Below are positions 39,799-49,609 of a DNA stretch of 64,000 nt, in pieces. The stretch lies in IMG/VR virus record IMGVR_UViG_3300022666_000111. One strand, 5' to 3'. This DNA is from a virus. Its lineage: Duplodnaviria; Caudoviricetes. Positions within the stretch are counted from its first letter, which is position 1; each line of letters starts with the position of its first letter. The notes under the pieces are model-generated. The model saw only the letters and a list, made by a program, of their open reading frames with translations. It was not told where the DNA came from and did not search any database. Both the position numbers and the translations under genes were made by a program.

Positions 39799-41244
39799 AT
39801 GACTACCCTCATCTACGATGATAGCAAGGACGCCTACGTTGACCCTGAAACCGATGAGGCCCTTCCAAACGGACCCGCCGAGCATGGGCTGGTCTGGCGC
39901 GTTGCGGCACGCTACCTCAAACGGGCGGGGTACTTCAACGTAGGCGACTACTTGCTAATGGGTGATCCCTCACACTTTACTTGTGTGGAAGGTAGAGCAT
40001 GCCATGCAAGCACAAGAACTGTAAAAGGCCAATACACCACAACGGGTTATGCCGAGAACACGCCCAAACGGGGTCCGCACGTGTTCGGCAGTTTGGAAAG
40101 ACACCTGCCGATGCAAAGTGTACCGTATGTGGAAGCGCATACTTTGCCAAAGGGCTGTGCCGCAAACACTACAAGGCCCAGTGGAGACACGGCGACCCTA
40201 AAGTACAACTCAAAGAACCCAACGGATCTGGCTGTATTAAAAGAGGATACCGCTACGTCCGTAAGGATGGGAGAAACACTCTTGAGCACCGATATGTCAT
40301 GGAACAGCAGCTCGGAAGACGAATCCGACGCGATGAAGTTGTCCACCACATCAACGGTATCAAGCATGACAACCGACCAGAGAACCTTGAGCTGTGGATT
40401 ACAAGACACCCCCCAGGTCAGCGTGTTGAAGACCACGTTAAGTGGGCACGCGACATTCTCAAGCTATACGGAGAGATGTTCCCTGAGTGAACGTGTTGCG
40501 GCTAGGTTTCTCCGTACTTCCGGATTCTTCAACGTGGGCGACTACGTGTGGATGGGGAAGTACAAGAACAAGCTGGGACAGATCACAGCCTTCGGGGCGG
40601 ATGAGAAGGGCAACCCCACGGTCACGATCCGACCGGTGCCTCAAGGGCGGAAGCAAGACAAGACCTTCAGCCTCTTCAAGGTCTGGAAGGTCCGGCCGGA
40701 ACAGCTTGAGGAGCTACGGGCCAAGGCCAAAATCGCCGCAGGGACCCCTAGAGGCTGGGAGCATCGTAAAGAGCAAGACGAGCGCGCCAAGAACAACATT
40801 CCACGTGAGTATTGGCTCACCTGGGAGAAGCTCAAGGGCAAATTCAGGGGCACGCCGGATCAGCGGGCCGAGCAATTCATGGAGTACCTTGAGGAGCACC
40901 CTGGTGAGGATGACGAGATCGCGCAGCAGTACGCCGATCGCGAGGTCGCCAAATTGAAGCGCGAACAACAAGACCAAGCCCGGAAAGAGCGCGTTTGCGA
41001 GAAGGACCAGGACAAGTACGAAGAGGCTTGGTACAAGGAGCAAGAGCGGGCCACCAAGGAGAGGGCCAAGCTCAAGCAATTGAAGGAGAAGGCTGATTCA
41101 GCCTGTCGCGCGTGCCCAACCTGTCATTACGATGACGATCCCAAGCCAGCCAAGGACGACTTCGATGACGTTCCCTTCGCGGCGTCCTGCCATACGGCAG
41201 CCATGGCGAAACGTGTAGCGAATCGCCACAAGGCCCGGTCTTGA
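39799..41244 (+). CDS. hypothetical protein interrupted by an HNH insertion, frame remains open
   Basis: duplicated RVAARxLxxxGxFNVGDYxxMG flanks the insertion. Confidence 0.55.
   Translation: MTTLIYDDSKDAYVDPETDEALPNGPAEHGLVWRVAARYLKRAGYFNVGDYLLMGDPSHFTCVEGRACHASTRTVKGQYTTTGYAENTPKRGPHVFGSLERHLPMQSVPYVEAHTLPKGCAANTTRPSGDTATLKYNSKNPTDLAVLKEDTATSVRMGETLLSTDMSWNSSSEDESDAMKLSTTSTVSSMTTDQRTLSCGLQDTPQVSVLKTTLSGHATFSSYTERCSLSERVAARFLRTSGFFNVGDYVWMGKYKNKLGQITAFGADEKGNPTVTIRPVPQGRKQDKTFSLFKVWKVRPEQLEELRAKAKIAAGTPRGWEHRKEQDERAKNNIPREYWLTWEKLKGKFRGTPDQRAEQFMEYLEEHPGEDDEIAQQYADREVAKLKREQQDQARKERVCEKDQDKYEEAWYKEQERATKERAKLKQLKEKADSACRACPTCHYDDDPKPAKDDFDDVPFAASCHTAAMAKRVANRHKARS
39999..40490 (+). CDS. 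HNH homing endonuclease nested in an alternative frame
   Basis: EHRYVME..LGR...EVVHHINGIKHDNRPENLELW. Confidence 0.9.
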   Translation: MPCKHKNCKRPIHHNGLCREHAQTGSARVRQFGKTPADAKCTVCGSAYFAKGLCRKHYKAQWRHGDPKVQLKEPNGSGCIKRGYRYVRKDGRNTLEHRYVMEQQLGRRIRRDEVVHHINGIKHDNRPENLELWITRHPPGQRVEDHVKWARDILKLYGEMFPE

Positions 41245-41264
41245 TCGGTGTAGGGAGCATCAGC

Positions 41265-41588
41265 ATGACAGCACTAGAAGAAGCAAAGAGCGCCCCGGAG
41301 ATCGCGGCGTTCGTTCGGACATTCAACAACCGCATCTCACCAGAGATCGCGGTTGGGCAGACTTGGGTTCGGTTCACGCCCCCGGTCCAAGCCGACTTCG
41401 ATTCCCTCAAGACGGACCCCCGCTTCTTGCCCTTCACTCGTGTGGGTGCCCTTGGGGTGGTAACGGAGACCCTTGCCAAGTCCGTGACGTTTCGGATCGG
41501 GGGCGACTCCGTGATGTTCGACACGGAGGTGTTCCGAGAGGTCTTCGTCAGGGCCGTGCCTGAAAGTCAGTGGAAGACACAAGATTAG
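41265..41588 (+). CDS. hypothetical protein with GxxW domain
   Basis: IAVGQTW; GGTGTAG motif upstream. Confidence 0.55.
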   Translation: MTALEEAKSAPEIAAFVRTFNNRISPEIAVGQTWVRFTPPVQADFDSLKTDPRFLPFTRVGALGVVTETLAKSVTFRIGGDSVMFDTEVFREVFVRAVPESQWKTQD

Positions 41589-41599
41589 GAGCAGATCAG

Positions 41600-42190
41600 A
41601 TGGGTGGTATTCTCACCGGCCCGGCAATTGTCGAGGCGGTTCAGAAAGGCAAGATCTTCATTGAGGGCTTCGACCCTAACCACGTCAACCCAGCAAGCTA
41701 CGACCTGACCCTTGGGGATAGCGTCGCGGTCTACAACAACGTGGTTCATTGGAGCGAGGCGGGTAACGATGGGCGCTGGATGCTGCCCTATGCGGACAAC
41801 ACGCTTGACGCGTCGGTCCCCAATGACATCAAGACCTTCAAGATCGATCCCGAGATCGGCTGGGTCTTGAAGCCCGGAATCGGCTACCTCATGCACACAA
41901 AGGAGCGCGTTCGGACGGATCACTACGTCCCCGTCCTTGATGGCAAGTCGACGATCGGGCGCCTCTTCATCCAGGTTCACGTCACGGCCGGTTATGGCGA
42001 CCCCGGCTTCGACGGGCAGTACACCCTTGAGGTCGTCGTGACGCACCCCATCAGGGTCTTTCCCGGGATGCGCTTTTGCCAGATCCGGTTCCACACGGCC
42101 CACGGGCGCATCAAGCTCTACGAGGGGCGCTACCGTGGTGATCGTGCCTTGGGAGCCGTCCCGGCAGAAACTTCTGGACTAAAACATTGA
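41600..42190 (+). CDS. dcd: dCTP deaminase
   Basis: NPASYDLTLG, GKSTIGRL, AGYGDPGFDGQYTLE, PGMRFCQI. Confidence 0.9.
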   Translation: MGGILTGPAIVEAVQKGKIFIEGFDPNHVNPASYDLTLGDSVAVYNNVVHWSEAGNDGRWMLPYADNTLDASVPNDIKTFKIDPEIGWVLKPGIGYLMHTKERVRTDHYVPVLDGKSTIGRLFIQVHVTAGYGDPGFDGQYTLEVVVTHPIRVFPGMRFCQIRFHTAHGRIKLYEGRYRGDRALGAVPAETSGLKH

Positions 42191-42218
42191 TCGCGAGGAG
42201 GTAACGGCATAGCTAGAA

Positions 42219-42409
42219 CGTCGAAGGCTTAGACCCCCCATAGCTCAAGCGGTGTCAATAGCCGCAACAGCAAGGGAAAAGGCCGCCCCTGATGGCGCCG
42301 TCAGGACGGCAAGCGAAGGAAGGCCAACCGAGCACCCAAGCTGTAAAGCGCCCGCCTCTACAACGGGAGTTCCGGGACGAAGCCCGGTGGGGGCTCTAAG
42401 CCTTCGACG
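42219..42409 (+). ncRNA. structured RNA closed by a 22-bp terminal helix (ncRNA or 5' leader)
   Basis: CGTCGAAGGCTTAGACCCCCCA pairs with TGGGGGCTCTAAGCCTTCGACG (1 mismatch); internal hairpins; starts at the +1 predicted from TTGATC 42187. Confidence 0.65.
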
Positions 42410-42618
42410 GAGATAGCCATGAACAACGCCGAAGCCGAACGCGCATTTCATCAAGTTCAAAACCACCTCGGACACAGGTACCCCGCCCTCATGAAGCTCA
42501 TCGTAGCCCATGCGGACGCGGAAGTTGTCCGGGACCTCTACGCCTTGGTTCGGGACGTAGCGTCGGCAGCCCAGAAAAGCCGCCTTCACACGGCAATGTG
42601 CCGAGGAGCTTGGGTACG

Positions 42619-43110
42619 ATGATGCTGGACCCCTTCTACGGTGTCGGGGCACAAGCCCGCGCGATCTTCGCCTTGCTTGCCACCCTCGATCCAGACTTCG
42701 CGACCTTCAAAAAGGGCCAGTACCAGGTCAAGATAAGCACCTGGGTTTGGTACAACGGGCGGGAGAAGGGCATTTGCGTCACGGTTCAGAAAGACTTCAC
42801 CTCCCCGTGCCTCAACCTCACCTTCGGAGAGCATCGCTCAAGCGATAACATCTTCGTGGATTGGTGGGTGACTACGCGGCCCATCTACAACGGCCCCAAG
42901 GTTTCGGACTACCCAGAGGTAGCCTACAAGGCCCGTGAATTCTTCGGCTGCGACAACGTCTACGCGGCGTCTCGACACATCTACGACCTCATGGCGAGCT
43001 TCTACACGCTGGGGGCCGACGAGTTCCTCGAGAAGGCTGGGCGGAAGATCGATGAGATAGTCTCCCCCGAAATCGCGGACGCCTGGGATCACCTTCGAGG
43101 TATGGGTTGA
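42619..43110 (+). CDS. hypothetical protein
   Basis: about 163 aa; ends DAWDHLRGMG. Confidence 0.6.
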   Translation: MMLDPFYGVGAQARAIFALLATLDPDFATFKKGQYQVKISTWVWYNGREKGICVTVQKDFTSPCLNLTFGEHRSSDNIFVDWWVTTRPIYNGPKVSDYPEVAYKAREFFGCDNVYAASRHIYDLMASFYTLGADEFLEKAGRKIDEIVSPEIADAWDHLRGMG

Positions 43111-43139
43111 TCGAGCTTCGCCTCCGGCATAGGAACGAC

Positions 43140-43787
43140 ATGGCAAACATACAGAAAATCCGAGTCGCCGATTATCTCAACGAAGGTCGCCAGGGTATCG
43201 CCGCCGTCGAGCGTTACGAGATCTCGAAAGAGGCTTCAGCGTTCACGTCCATGCGCGCCATGCAGCACCCTGACGAGTACATCGCCCCCGGGGTCTACAC
43301 GCGCCTCATGGTCAAGGGGCAGCTCATGATGAGTGACACTCAGATGGAGAAGGACACGAATCTGCGCTTCGTCCACGGAGCGTCCGGTGAGGTCCTCATC
43401 GCGGGGCTTGGCCTTGGGCTCGTCATCCAGGCCATCATGGACAAGCCGGGGGTTACGCACGTCACGGTCGTCGAGAAGTACCAAGACGTCATTGACCTCG
43501 TCGGGCCGACCATGAAGGCGCTCTACGGTGACAAGCTCACGATCATCCTCGCGGATATCTTCGAGTGGAAGCCTGAGCGGGGCAAGAAGTACGACACGAT
43601 CTACTTTGACATTTGGGCGAGCCAGAGCACGGACACCCTCAAGGAGATCGCCCGTCTTCACCAACGGTTCGGCGGTAGGCTGGCTTCCAACGGATGGCTT
43701 GACTCCTGGCGCCGGGCGGAGCTTCAAGCCCGTAAAAGGCGCGAGGCGCGTCAAGGCCGAGGGCTCGGCTTCGGTTGGAGGCGCTAA
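43140..43787 (+). CDS. class I SAM-dependent methyltransferase (spermidine-synthase-like fold)
   Basis: VLIAGLGLG, VTVVE, YDTIYFDIW; ATG 33 nt after TTGATC (43107). Confidence 0.8.
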   Translation: MANIQKIRVADYLNEGRQGIAAVERYEISKEASAFTSMRAMQHPDEYIAPGVYTRLMVKGQLMMSDTQMEKDTNLRFVHGASGEVLIAGLGLGLVIQAIMDKPGVTHVTVVEKYQDVIDLVGPTMKALYGDKLTIILADIFEWKPERGKKYDTIYFDIWASQSTDTLKEIARLHQRFGGRLASNGWLDSWRRAELQARKRREARQGRGLGFGWRR

Positions 43788-44085
43788 GCCTGGGGGAGGG
43801 GGCGGGGGCGGGCGATCCCGGTATCCAAGAGGGCGTAGACGAAGAGGTGGGCTATGCCCTCGTCCGGGAGGCTTTCGGGGTTGTGGAGGTTGATGACGAC
43901 CTTACGGCTGAAGGCCAGCTCGTCGATAAGGAGGTCGATCGCGTCACGGGCGGAGATATCCCCCATCTCGTCCGCCATAGCTTGAACGATCTCCAAGGGG
44001 TCGCCTCTGTAGACCGCAGGCTCTGGAACCGAGGGGATCCAGATGGCCTGTGGCAGCCTTTGCGTTGTGTCGACAATCGCGTCCA

Positions 44086-44415
44086 TTAGCTCACCGCAGT
44101 TGCAGGGAAATGCGTAGGGGGAAGCTGACGCTTCCACGGAGGGCGGTTCTTGACGGCCTTCCAGACGAGAGGGAGCGCCCCGGTGGTCTCAACGGTCAAC
44201 CGTTGCCTTGGGGCGCCCGACGTAGCGTCAATGGAGGCTTGCGTGACCCTGACGTCGCCTCTCACCTCAAGGACCTCTGTGCGCCCGTTGTTGCGACGCT
44301 GAAGGCGTAGGTTGAGGGTGATCCGGTCACCAATCCGAAGGGAGCCAGGGAGGGTCATGATAACCGAGGGGCAGCCCTTCACGTCTTGAAATTCGAGAAC
44401 CGTTCCTAGCATCAC
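44086..44415 (-). CDS. hypothetical protein
   Basis: 109-aa ORF with plausible composition. Confidence 0.5.
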   Translation of the reverse strand: MMLGTVLEFQDVKGCPSVIMTLPGSLRIGDRITLNLRLQRRNNGRTEVLEVRGDVRVTQASIDATSGAPRQRLTVETTGALPLVWKAVKNRPPWKRQLPPTHFPATAVS

Positions 44416-45350
44416 CCAGGGGTTTCTATCGAAACAACCGGGCAGACGAATTCCCTTGTATGCTTTACCCAGGAGGTGTAGACCACCGTCAGACCCAACC
44501 CGAGGGTCTCAAGGTTGCCAGACTCCTTGTTCCGTGAACCGAGGTCCCACATTGCTCCGAATGATGGACACACCTTCGAAAAGTCCGCTGATTGAGACAA
44601 GACGCGGGTCAAGCTCTCTTGAGCTATCGCCGAGAGGCGATCGTCTTGTGTGCCAGTCTGACCTCTTCTGTGAAGATCGAGCTACCCTTCCCAGAAAGTC
44701 AGCGATGAGCCCCACGGAAGGGATTCCGGAGAGGTGCTCAGGCCAAGTAGGTGTAGGTCAAGGTGATCCCAATACTCTCTTGACCCTTGATCCTCAGATC
44801 AATGTTCTCTCCTCATCCAGGATGATCCTTGATCTCTCGATCATGAAACGCTTCCGAAGCTCAATCCCCCAATACAACTCGAAGATTTCGAGTAACAGCA
44901 GCGAGTGTTCCGGTAAACGTAGCGATAACAGCAACCCACAACCCAAAGGTTCCGACAATCGTAACGAGTACAGCAAGCGTAGCTGATACGAAGACGATCA
45001 CAGTGAGTGTAGTGACGACGGTAGCGTAGGAAGCAAGAGAGATCCCTTGGGGGAGGATTCCCCCTCCTGGGTAGCGTTAGGTAGGATTGCGTCCCCCTAT
45101 GTGGGAGGGTGGTGGGTGACCTTTACCTTGAGGTTGTGGTCCTCTTGGATTCGACCATGACGGATTCGAATCTGCCTAGATTCCACGGTATTTGGCGGGC
45201 GATGTGGCGTCGCTTTTTTGTTGATCCGACCAGGGCCTCGTGGTAAGAGGTGCGTGCTTGCTCGGACTCTCGGGCAGCGCTTTCAAAAATCGGGTTGATC
45301 CCTACCGGCCTCCGGCATGTATCACCCAAGCCACCCACGAGGGATATACA

Positions 45351-46109
45351 ATGAATCAGACCGCGTTTGTCGTGCCCGCGAACTACAACGATCTCGTCCG
45401 TGATTTCGGCGCCTTTGTCTCGAAGGTTGTTCAGCGTTACAACAACGTGCCCCGACATTCAGCGGATTTGCTTCAAGACGTATGGATGCACCTCATAGCG
45501 AGCGACGTCTTGGCGAAGTTCTGGGCCAACCTTCAGAAGCCGCCACGGACGTTGACTGGCCTCCAGGCGGCAGAGTATTGCAACGTCAGCTTCAAGAACT
45601 TCAAGACCAACATTTGGCGGAGGACTTGGGGCCGCGATAAGGGTTGGTGGGTACCCCTCCCGATCAAGGGCTACTACACGAAACCGGATGCGCTCTACAA
45701 GACGGAGGAGATCATCAAGCTCCGCGAGTCAGGCGTCTTCCAGACGTGTCTTAGCGATACCCTCCCGGAGCTTCCCGGGGGAGCTTGTGTTGCGACGCGC
45801 GGGCGGTTCGAGTCATACCTTACGACCTGCATCCACAACCATTTCGCGAATTTCTGCCGGACGCGTGAGCGTCGGGATCAGGACGTGTACTTGGCGCCTC
45901 GTGAGGACGGGTCGGCTTGGGAGTCACATCTTCATGACTGCGACGGGGTAGCGCCGGACGAGGTTGCGGACCTGAGCCGGGCGCTCAACAAGCTGGGCGA
46001 CACGGGGCGCGACGTCCTTCGCCTCTTGGAGGATGGTTACACGCTAACGGAAGCCTGCCAGCGCTTGGACCTCTCGATCAACAGCCTCCGCCTGGTCGCC
46101 CAAGGCTAG
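45351..46109 (+). CDS. ECF-like sigma-70 family factor with inserted HTH
   Basis: region 2 SADLLQDVWMHL and FESYLTTCIHNHFANFCR; region 4 LNKL...LLEDGYTLTEACQRLDLS. Confidence 0.7.
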   Translation: MNQTAFVVPANYNDLVRDFGAFVSKVVQRYNNVPRHSADLLQDVWMHLIASDVLAKFWANLQKPPRTLTGLQAAEYCNVSFKNFKTNIWRRTWGRDKGWWVPLPIKGYYTKPDALYKTEEIIKLRESGVFQTCLSDTLPELPGGACVATRGRFESYLTTCIHNHFANFCRTRERRDQDVYLAPREDGSAWESHLHDCDGVAPDEVADLSRALNKLGDTGRDVLRLLEDGYTLTEACQRLDLSINSLRLVAQG

Positions 46110-46135
46110 GTTCTTTTGATACCCCGTCCTCCAGT

Positions 46136-46963
46136 GTGAACCGCATAGCCAATCTCATCCAATCCGCCGACAAGCAACGCCGTCTCCTCTGGGCGTCGCT
46201 TCCATTTCAGACCCGTATGGCCGAGCTTCTTTTCCGGATCGCCTTCGATCCGGCTGAGACCTTTGGCAGGATGGTCTACACGGTCTTCCTACAACGGCAC
46301 GTCAAGGGGCTCCCCCCGGTCAAAGGCGTCCCAGCCGAGACCTACGACGTGACCAAGGCCCCCGGCCGCATGGCGCCTCCTGGCTACGGCAAGGACTTCG
46401 GATCGAAGGTTTGGGGCTCCATGGTTTCGAAGTACAAGAGTCAGGACATTGTGCAGGAAGCGATGCAGGACGTCATGTTCTCGCTCTCGTCGAGGCCGGA
46501 TCGCCTTGAGGAGGGCGCGCCGCTTTCAAAGGCGCAGGGCTACGTCATGACGATGGTCTCCAATGCGTGCCTCATGGCGTACCGTAGTCGAAAGCGTCGT
46601 CCCGGCGACTATGGCGAGGACTCCCCCAGCGGCGGCGGTGATGATGACGCCCCTCGCGTTGACCTTGCGGATCCGGATTCGCTTTCCGAGGTTGTTGAAT
46701 GGCTCAACGAGGAGTCACGCGGCAAGATCATGCCTGCCATCATGCGTGACCTCGCCAAGATTCCAGGGGCCGTTCCCTACGTCGAAGCGGTCCTTGAGCA
46801 TGGCTACACGGACAACGAGATCGTCGGTGACTACCGTACCGGGAAGCCCGCAAAGGATCCCTGGTTTCAAGAGCACCCGATGACGGTTCAGAACTTCGGC
46901 ACCAACATCAAGCCAAAGATCCGCAAGGTTTTCCTCAAGTACGAGGATATGCTGCGTAGCTAG
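46136..46963 (+). CDS. divergent sigma-70-like protein
   Basis: DIVQEAMQDVMFSL...GYVMTMVSNACLMAYRSRKRR; EHGYTDNEI. Confidence 0.55.
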   Translation: MNRIANLIQSADKQRRLLWASLPFQTRMAELLFRIAFDPAETFGRMVYTVFLQRHVKGLPPVKGVPAETYDVTKAPGRMAPPGYGKDFGSKVWGSMVSKYKSQDIVQEAMQDVMFSLSSRPDRLEEGAPLSKAQGYVMTMVSNACLMAYRSRKRRPGDYGEDSPSGGGDDDAPRVDLADPDSLSEVVEWLNEESRGKIMPAIMRDLAKIPGAVPYVEAVLEHGYTDNEIVGDYRTGKPAKDPWFQEHPMTVQNFGTNIKPKIRKVFLKYEDMLRS

Positions 46964-46991
46964 TTCCCGCGTCTTGGTGTAGGTTAGGGGC

Positions 46992-48212
46992 ATGTCTATT
47001 GCCAACCTAATCCACCTGGGCGATTGCCTCGAATACCTGAAATCCCTTCCAGACAACAGCATCGACGCTATCGTGAGCGACCCTCCGTACGGACTTGGTA
47101 CGCGGGAGCCCACGGGCGAAGACATCGACCGCTACCTTGCGGGTGAAGCTGGCCTGAATACAGGCGGCGACTTCATGGGGCACGGTTGGGAGATCCCAAG
47201 CGTCCCAACCTTTCGCGAATGCTTCCGCGTCTTGAAGCCGGGGCGTCACATCTGCTGCTTTGCCGGGACCCGGACCTTTGACCTCATGGCTTGCGGGATG
47301 CTCGCGGCAGGGTTCATCGAGGACGGCGGCCTTGCCCAGAGGTTCGGCCTTCCTATCCTACAGTGGATCCACGGGCAGGGGTTTCCGAAGAGCCTCGATA
47401 TCGCTAAGGCAATCGACAAGCACCTCGGGATCAAGCGTGAAGTCCTTGGGGAGCGGACGGTTATTCAAGGCGGCGGGACGAGCCTTGAGCTTCGGGCCGG
47501 GGAGCGCCGGGAGGTTCAGGTTCAGATCACGTCGGCAACGAGCCCCGAGGCCAAGAAGTGGGAGGGGTGGGGGACGGCTTTGAAGCCTGCCTGGGAGCCG
47601 ATCATCTGCTTGCGTAAGCCGGGTCCAATGCCAGAAGATCTGGTGGCGCCGCGATGGTCGTTCCGTTATTGCCCGAAGATCACTGCGTCGGAAGCGGACG
47701 CGGGTCTCCTGAAAAGCTCCTTCGATCCCAACGAGATCATCGAGAAGAACACGCATCCCACGCGCAAGCCTCTCAAGATCATGGAGTGGATCATCGGGCT
47801 TGCGAGCCGTGAGGATGACATTGTCCTCGACCCGTATTGCGGGAGCGGCACGACATGTGTTGCGTCGATCCTCTTGGGGCGACAATACATTGGATGTGAG
47901 CTGAACCCTGAATTCCACAAGATCGCCTCCGCCCGCGTCAAGCATGCCCTTCAGCAGACCACGGCTGAGCAGCGCAAGCTCTTCCGCCTCATGGAGGGGA
48001 CAGACGATAACGAGACCGAAGACCTGCCTCCGATGCAATCCGAAGTCTTGGTAGCACCGCCTTCGCCCAAGCCAGCGAAGGCCCCCAAGGCAAAGCCCGA
48101 AGCGAAGCCAGAGATCGTGGTTTCCCCGGTTGCCAAGTCAGAGCCTCCGGTTGCCACGGCGCCCCCGGCTGAGCCGAGCCTCTTTGACCTCATGATGGAG
48201 GAGGGGACTTGA
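46992..48212 (+). CDS. DNA N6-A/N4-C methyltransferase (beta class)
   Basis: SDPPY, HPTRKP, VLDPYCGSGTT. Confidence 0.92.
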   Translation: MSIANLIHLGDCLEYLKSLPDNSIDAIVSDPPYGLGTREPTGEDIDRYLAGEAGLNTGGDFMGHGWEIPSVPTFRECFRVLKPGRHICCFAGTRTFDLMACGMLAAGFIEDGGLAQRFGLPILQWIHGQGFPKSLDIAKAIDKHLGIKREVLGERTVIQGGGTSLELRAGERREVQVQITSATSPEAKKWEGWGTALKPAWEPIICLRKPGPMPEDLVAPRWSFRYCPKITASEADAGLLKSSFDPNEIIEKNTHPTRKPLKIMEWIIGLASREDDIVLDPYCGSGTTCVASILLGRQYIGCELNPEFHKIASARVKHALQQTTAEQRKLFRLMEGTDDNETEDLPPMQSEVLVAPPSPKPAKAPKAKPEAKPEIVVSPVAKSEPPVATAPPAEPSLFDLMMEEGT

Positions 48213-49609
48213 TGGAGACCAACGTCATCCTACAAGGAGATTGCCTCGAGGTTCTCAAGACCCTTCCAGACAACTCCGTCGATTCCATTGTGACCGATCC
48301 CCCGGCCGGGATTGAGTTCCTCGGCAAGGATTGGGACAGCTTCAAGCAGGGGCGCCTCGCGAACTACGCAGGGCCTCCTGGGGGCAACGTCAAGCCTCTT
48401 GGAGAGGTTCGTGGCTGGCAAGCATCGCTGCCCAAGATCAGCCAAAGCGCCAATCGGAAGTGCCTCTCTTGCGGGCAGTACAAGTTCAGCCGAACGCCTT
48501 GTACCTGCAAGGTCCCTGATTGGGAGCCTGACTCGAGCGTCCGCGATACCTTCGTCGCCTTCATGCGGGCCGTCTTCACCGAGGCCCTCCGCGTCTTGAA
48601 GCCCGGGGGTCACGCCGTCATCTGGGCCATCCCCCGAACCAGCCATTGGACCGCCTGGGCCGTCGAGGCCGCTGGATTCGAGATTCGTGACGCGGTCTAC
48701 CACATCTTCGCGACAGGGTTTCCCAAGAACTTCAACGTAGCGAAGGCCATCGATGGGATGCTCTTGGGGGAGGCTGCGCCCAAGGACTACCTGGGGTCGG
48801 AGATTGCGAAGCGTTGGGAGGGGTGGGGGACGGCTTTGAAGCCAGCGGTTGAGGTTTGGTGGCTAGCCCGAAAGCCTCTGGCGCAGACGGTGGCCAAGAG
48901 CGTTGTGGAGTTCGGAACGGGGGCGTTGAACATCGACGGTTGCCGTGTTGGGGATCATCAGAATGAAACCCCCGGGGGCTTCTCGAGGATCAATGCTGCG
49001 AACGCGGCTCAAGGCTACCGGCCGAGCGACTACGTCCATGAGGACCCGATGCCCAATCCGAGCGCTCCGGGGCGTTGGCCGCCGAACCTCGCGATTACGC
49101 ACGCAGCGGATTGTGAAGAGGGCCGTTGTGTTGACGATTGCCCTCTCGTCATTTTGGACAAGCAAGCCGGTCGGGGCGTCTCCAAGGAGCAGCTCCCGAG
49201 CTTCTTCTTCGTTCCCAAGCCGGGGCGCGGGGAGAAGGAGTACGGTTTGGACGATCTTCCGGTCAAGGTCATCGGCACGCTTGGCGGCGGGGGCGAGGGT
49301 GCCAACGATCCTGTGAGTCAGCGGTTCACGAAGTTTGCCCGCAACACGCATCCGACCCCAAAGCCCACGACGCTCATGCGGCACCTTGTGCGTCTCGTGA
49401 CGCCTCCTGGAGGTGTAGTCCTTGATCCGTTTGCTGGTAGTGGCACGACTTGCCTTGCGGCGATTGAGGAATCTATGAACTTCGTCGGCATTGAACGTGA
49501 GGACGAGTATATCGCCATTGCTCGCGCCCGGGTCAAGGCTGTGCGTGAGGCCAAGGAATCCGAGGACAACCAGCGCGACCTCTTCGCGCTTGCTATGGAG
49601 GAATCATGA
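48209..49609 (+). CDS. DNA N6-A/N4-C methyltransferase (beta class, DPPA variant)
   Basis: TDPPAG, HPTPKP, VLDPFAGSGTT. Confidence 0.9.
   Translation: MMETNVILQGDCLEVLKTLPDNSVDSIVTDPPAGIEFLGKDWDSFKQGRLANYAGPPGGNVKPLGEVRGWQASLPKISQSANRKCLSCGQYKFSRTPCTCKVPDWEPDSSVRDTFVAFMRAVFTEALRVLKPGGHAVIWAIPRTSHWTAWAVEAAGFEIRDAVYHIFATGFPKNFNVAKAIDGMLLGEAAPKDYLGSEIAKRWEGWGTALKPAVEVWWLARKPLAQTVAKSVVEFGTGALNIDGCRVGDHQNETPGGFSRINAANAAQGYRPSDYVHEDPMPNPSAPGRWPPNLAITHAADCEEGRCVDDCPLVILDKQAGRGVSKEQLPSFFFVPKPGRGEKEYGLDDLPVKVIGTLGGGGEGANDPVSQRFTKFARNTHPTPKPTTLMRHLVRLVTPPGGVVLDPFAGSGTTCLAAIEESMNFVGIEREDEYIAIARARVKAVREAKESEDNQRDLFALAMEES

Noticed and set aside
42290-42330. Hammerhead or SRP-like words (CTGATG, GTCAGG...GAAGGAAG)
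   Set aside because: The required cores (CUGAUGA...GAAA; SRP helix 8 symmetric loop) cannot be assembled.
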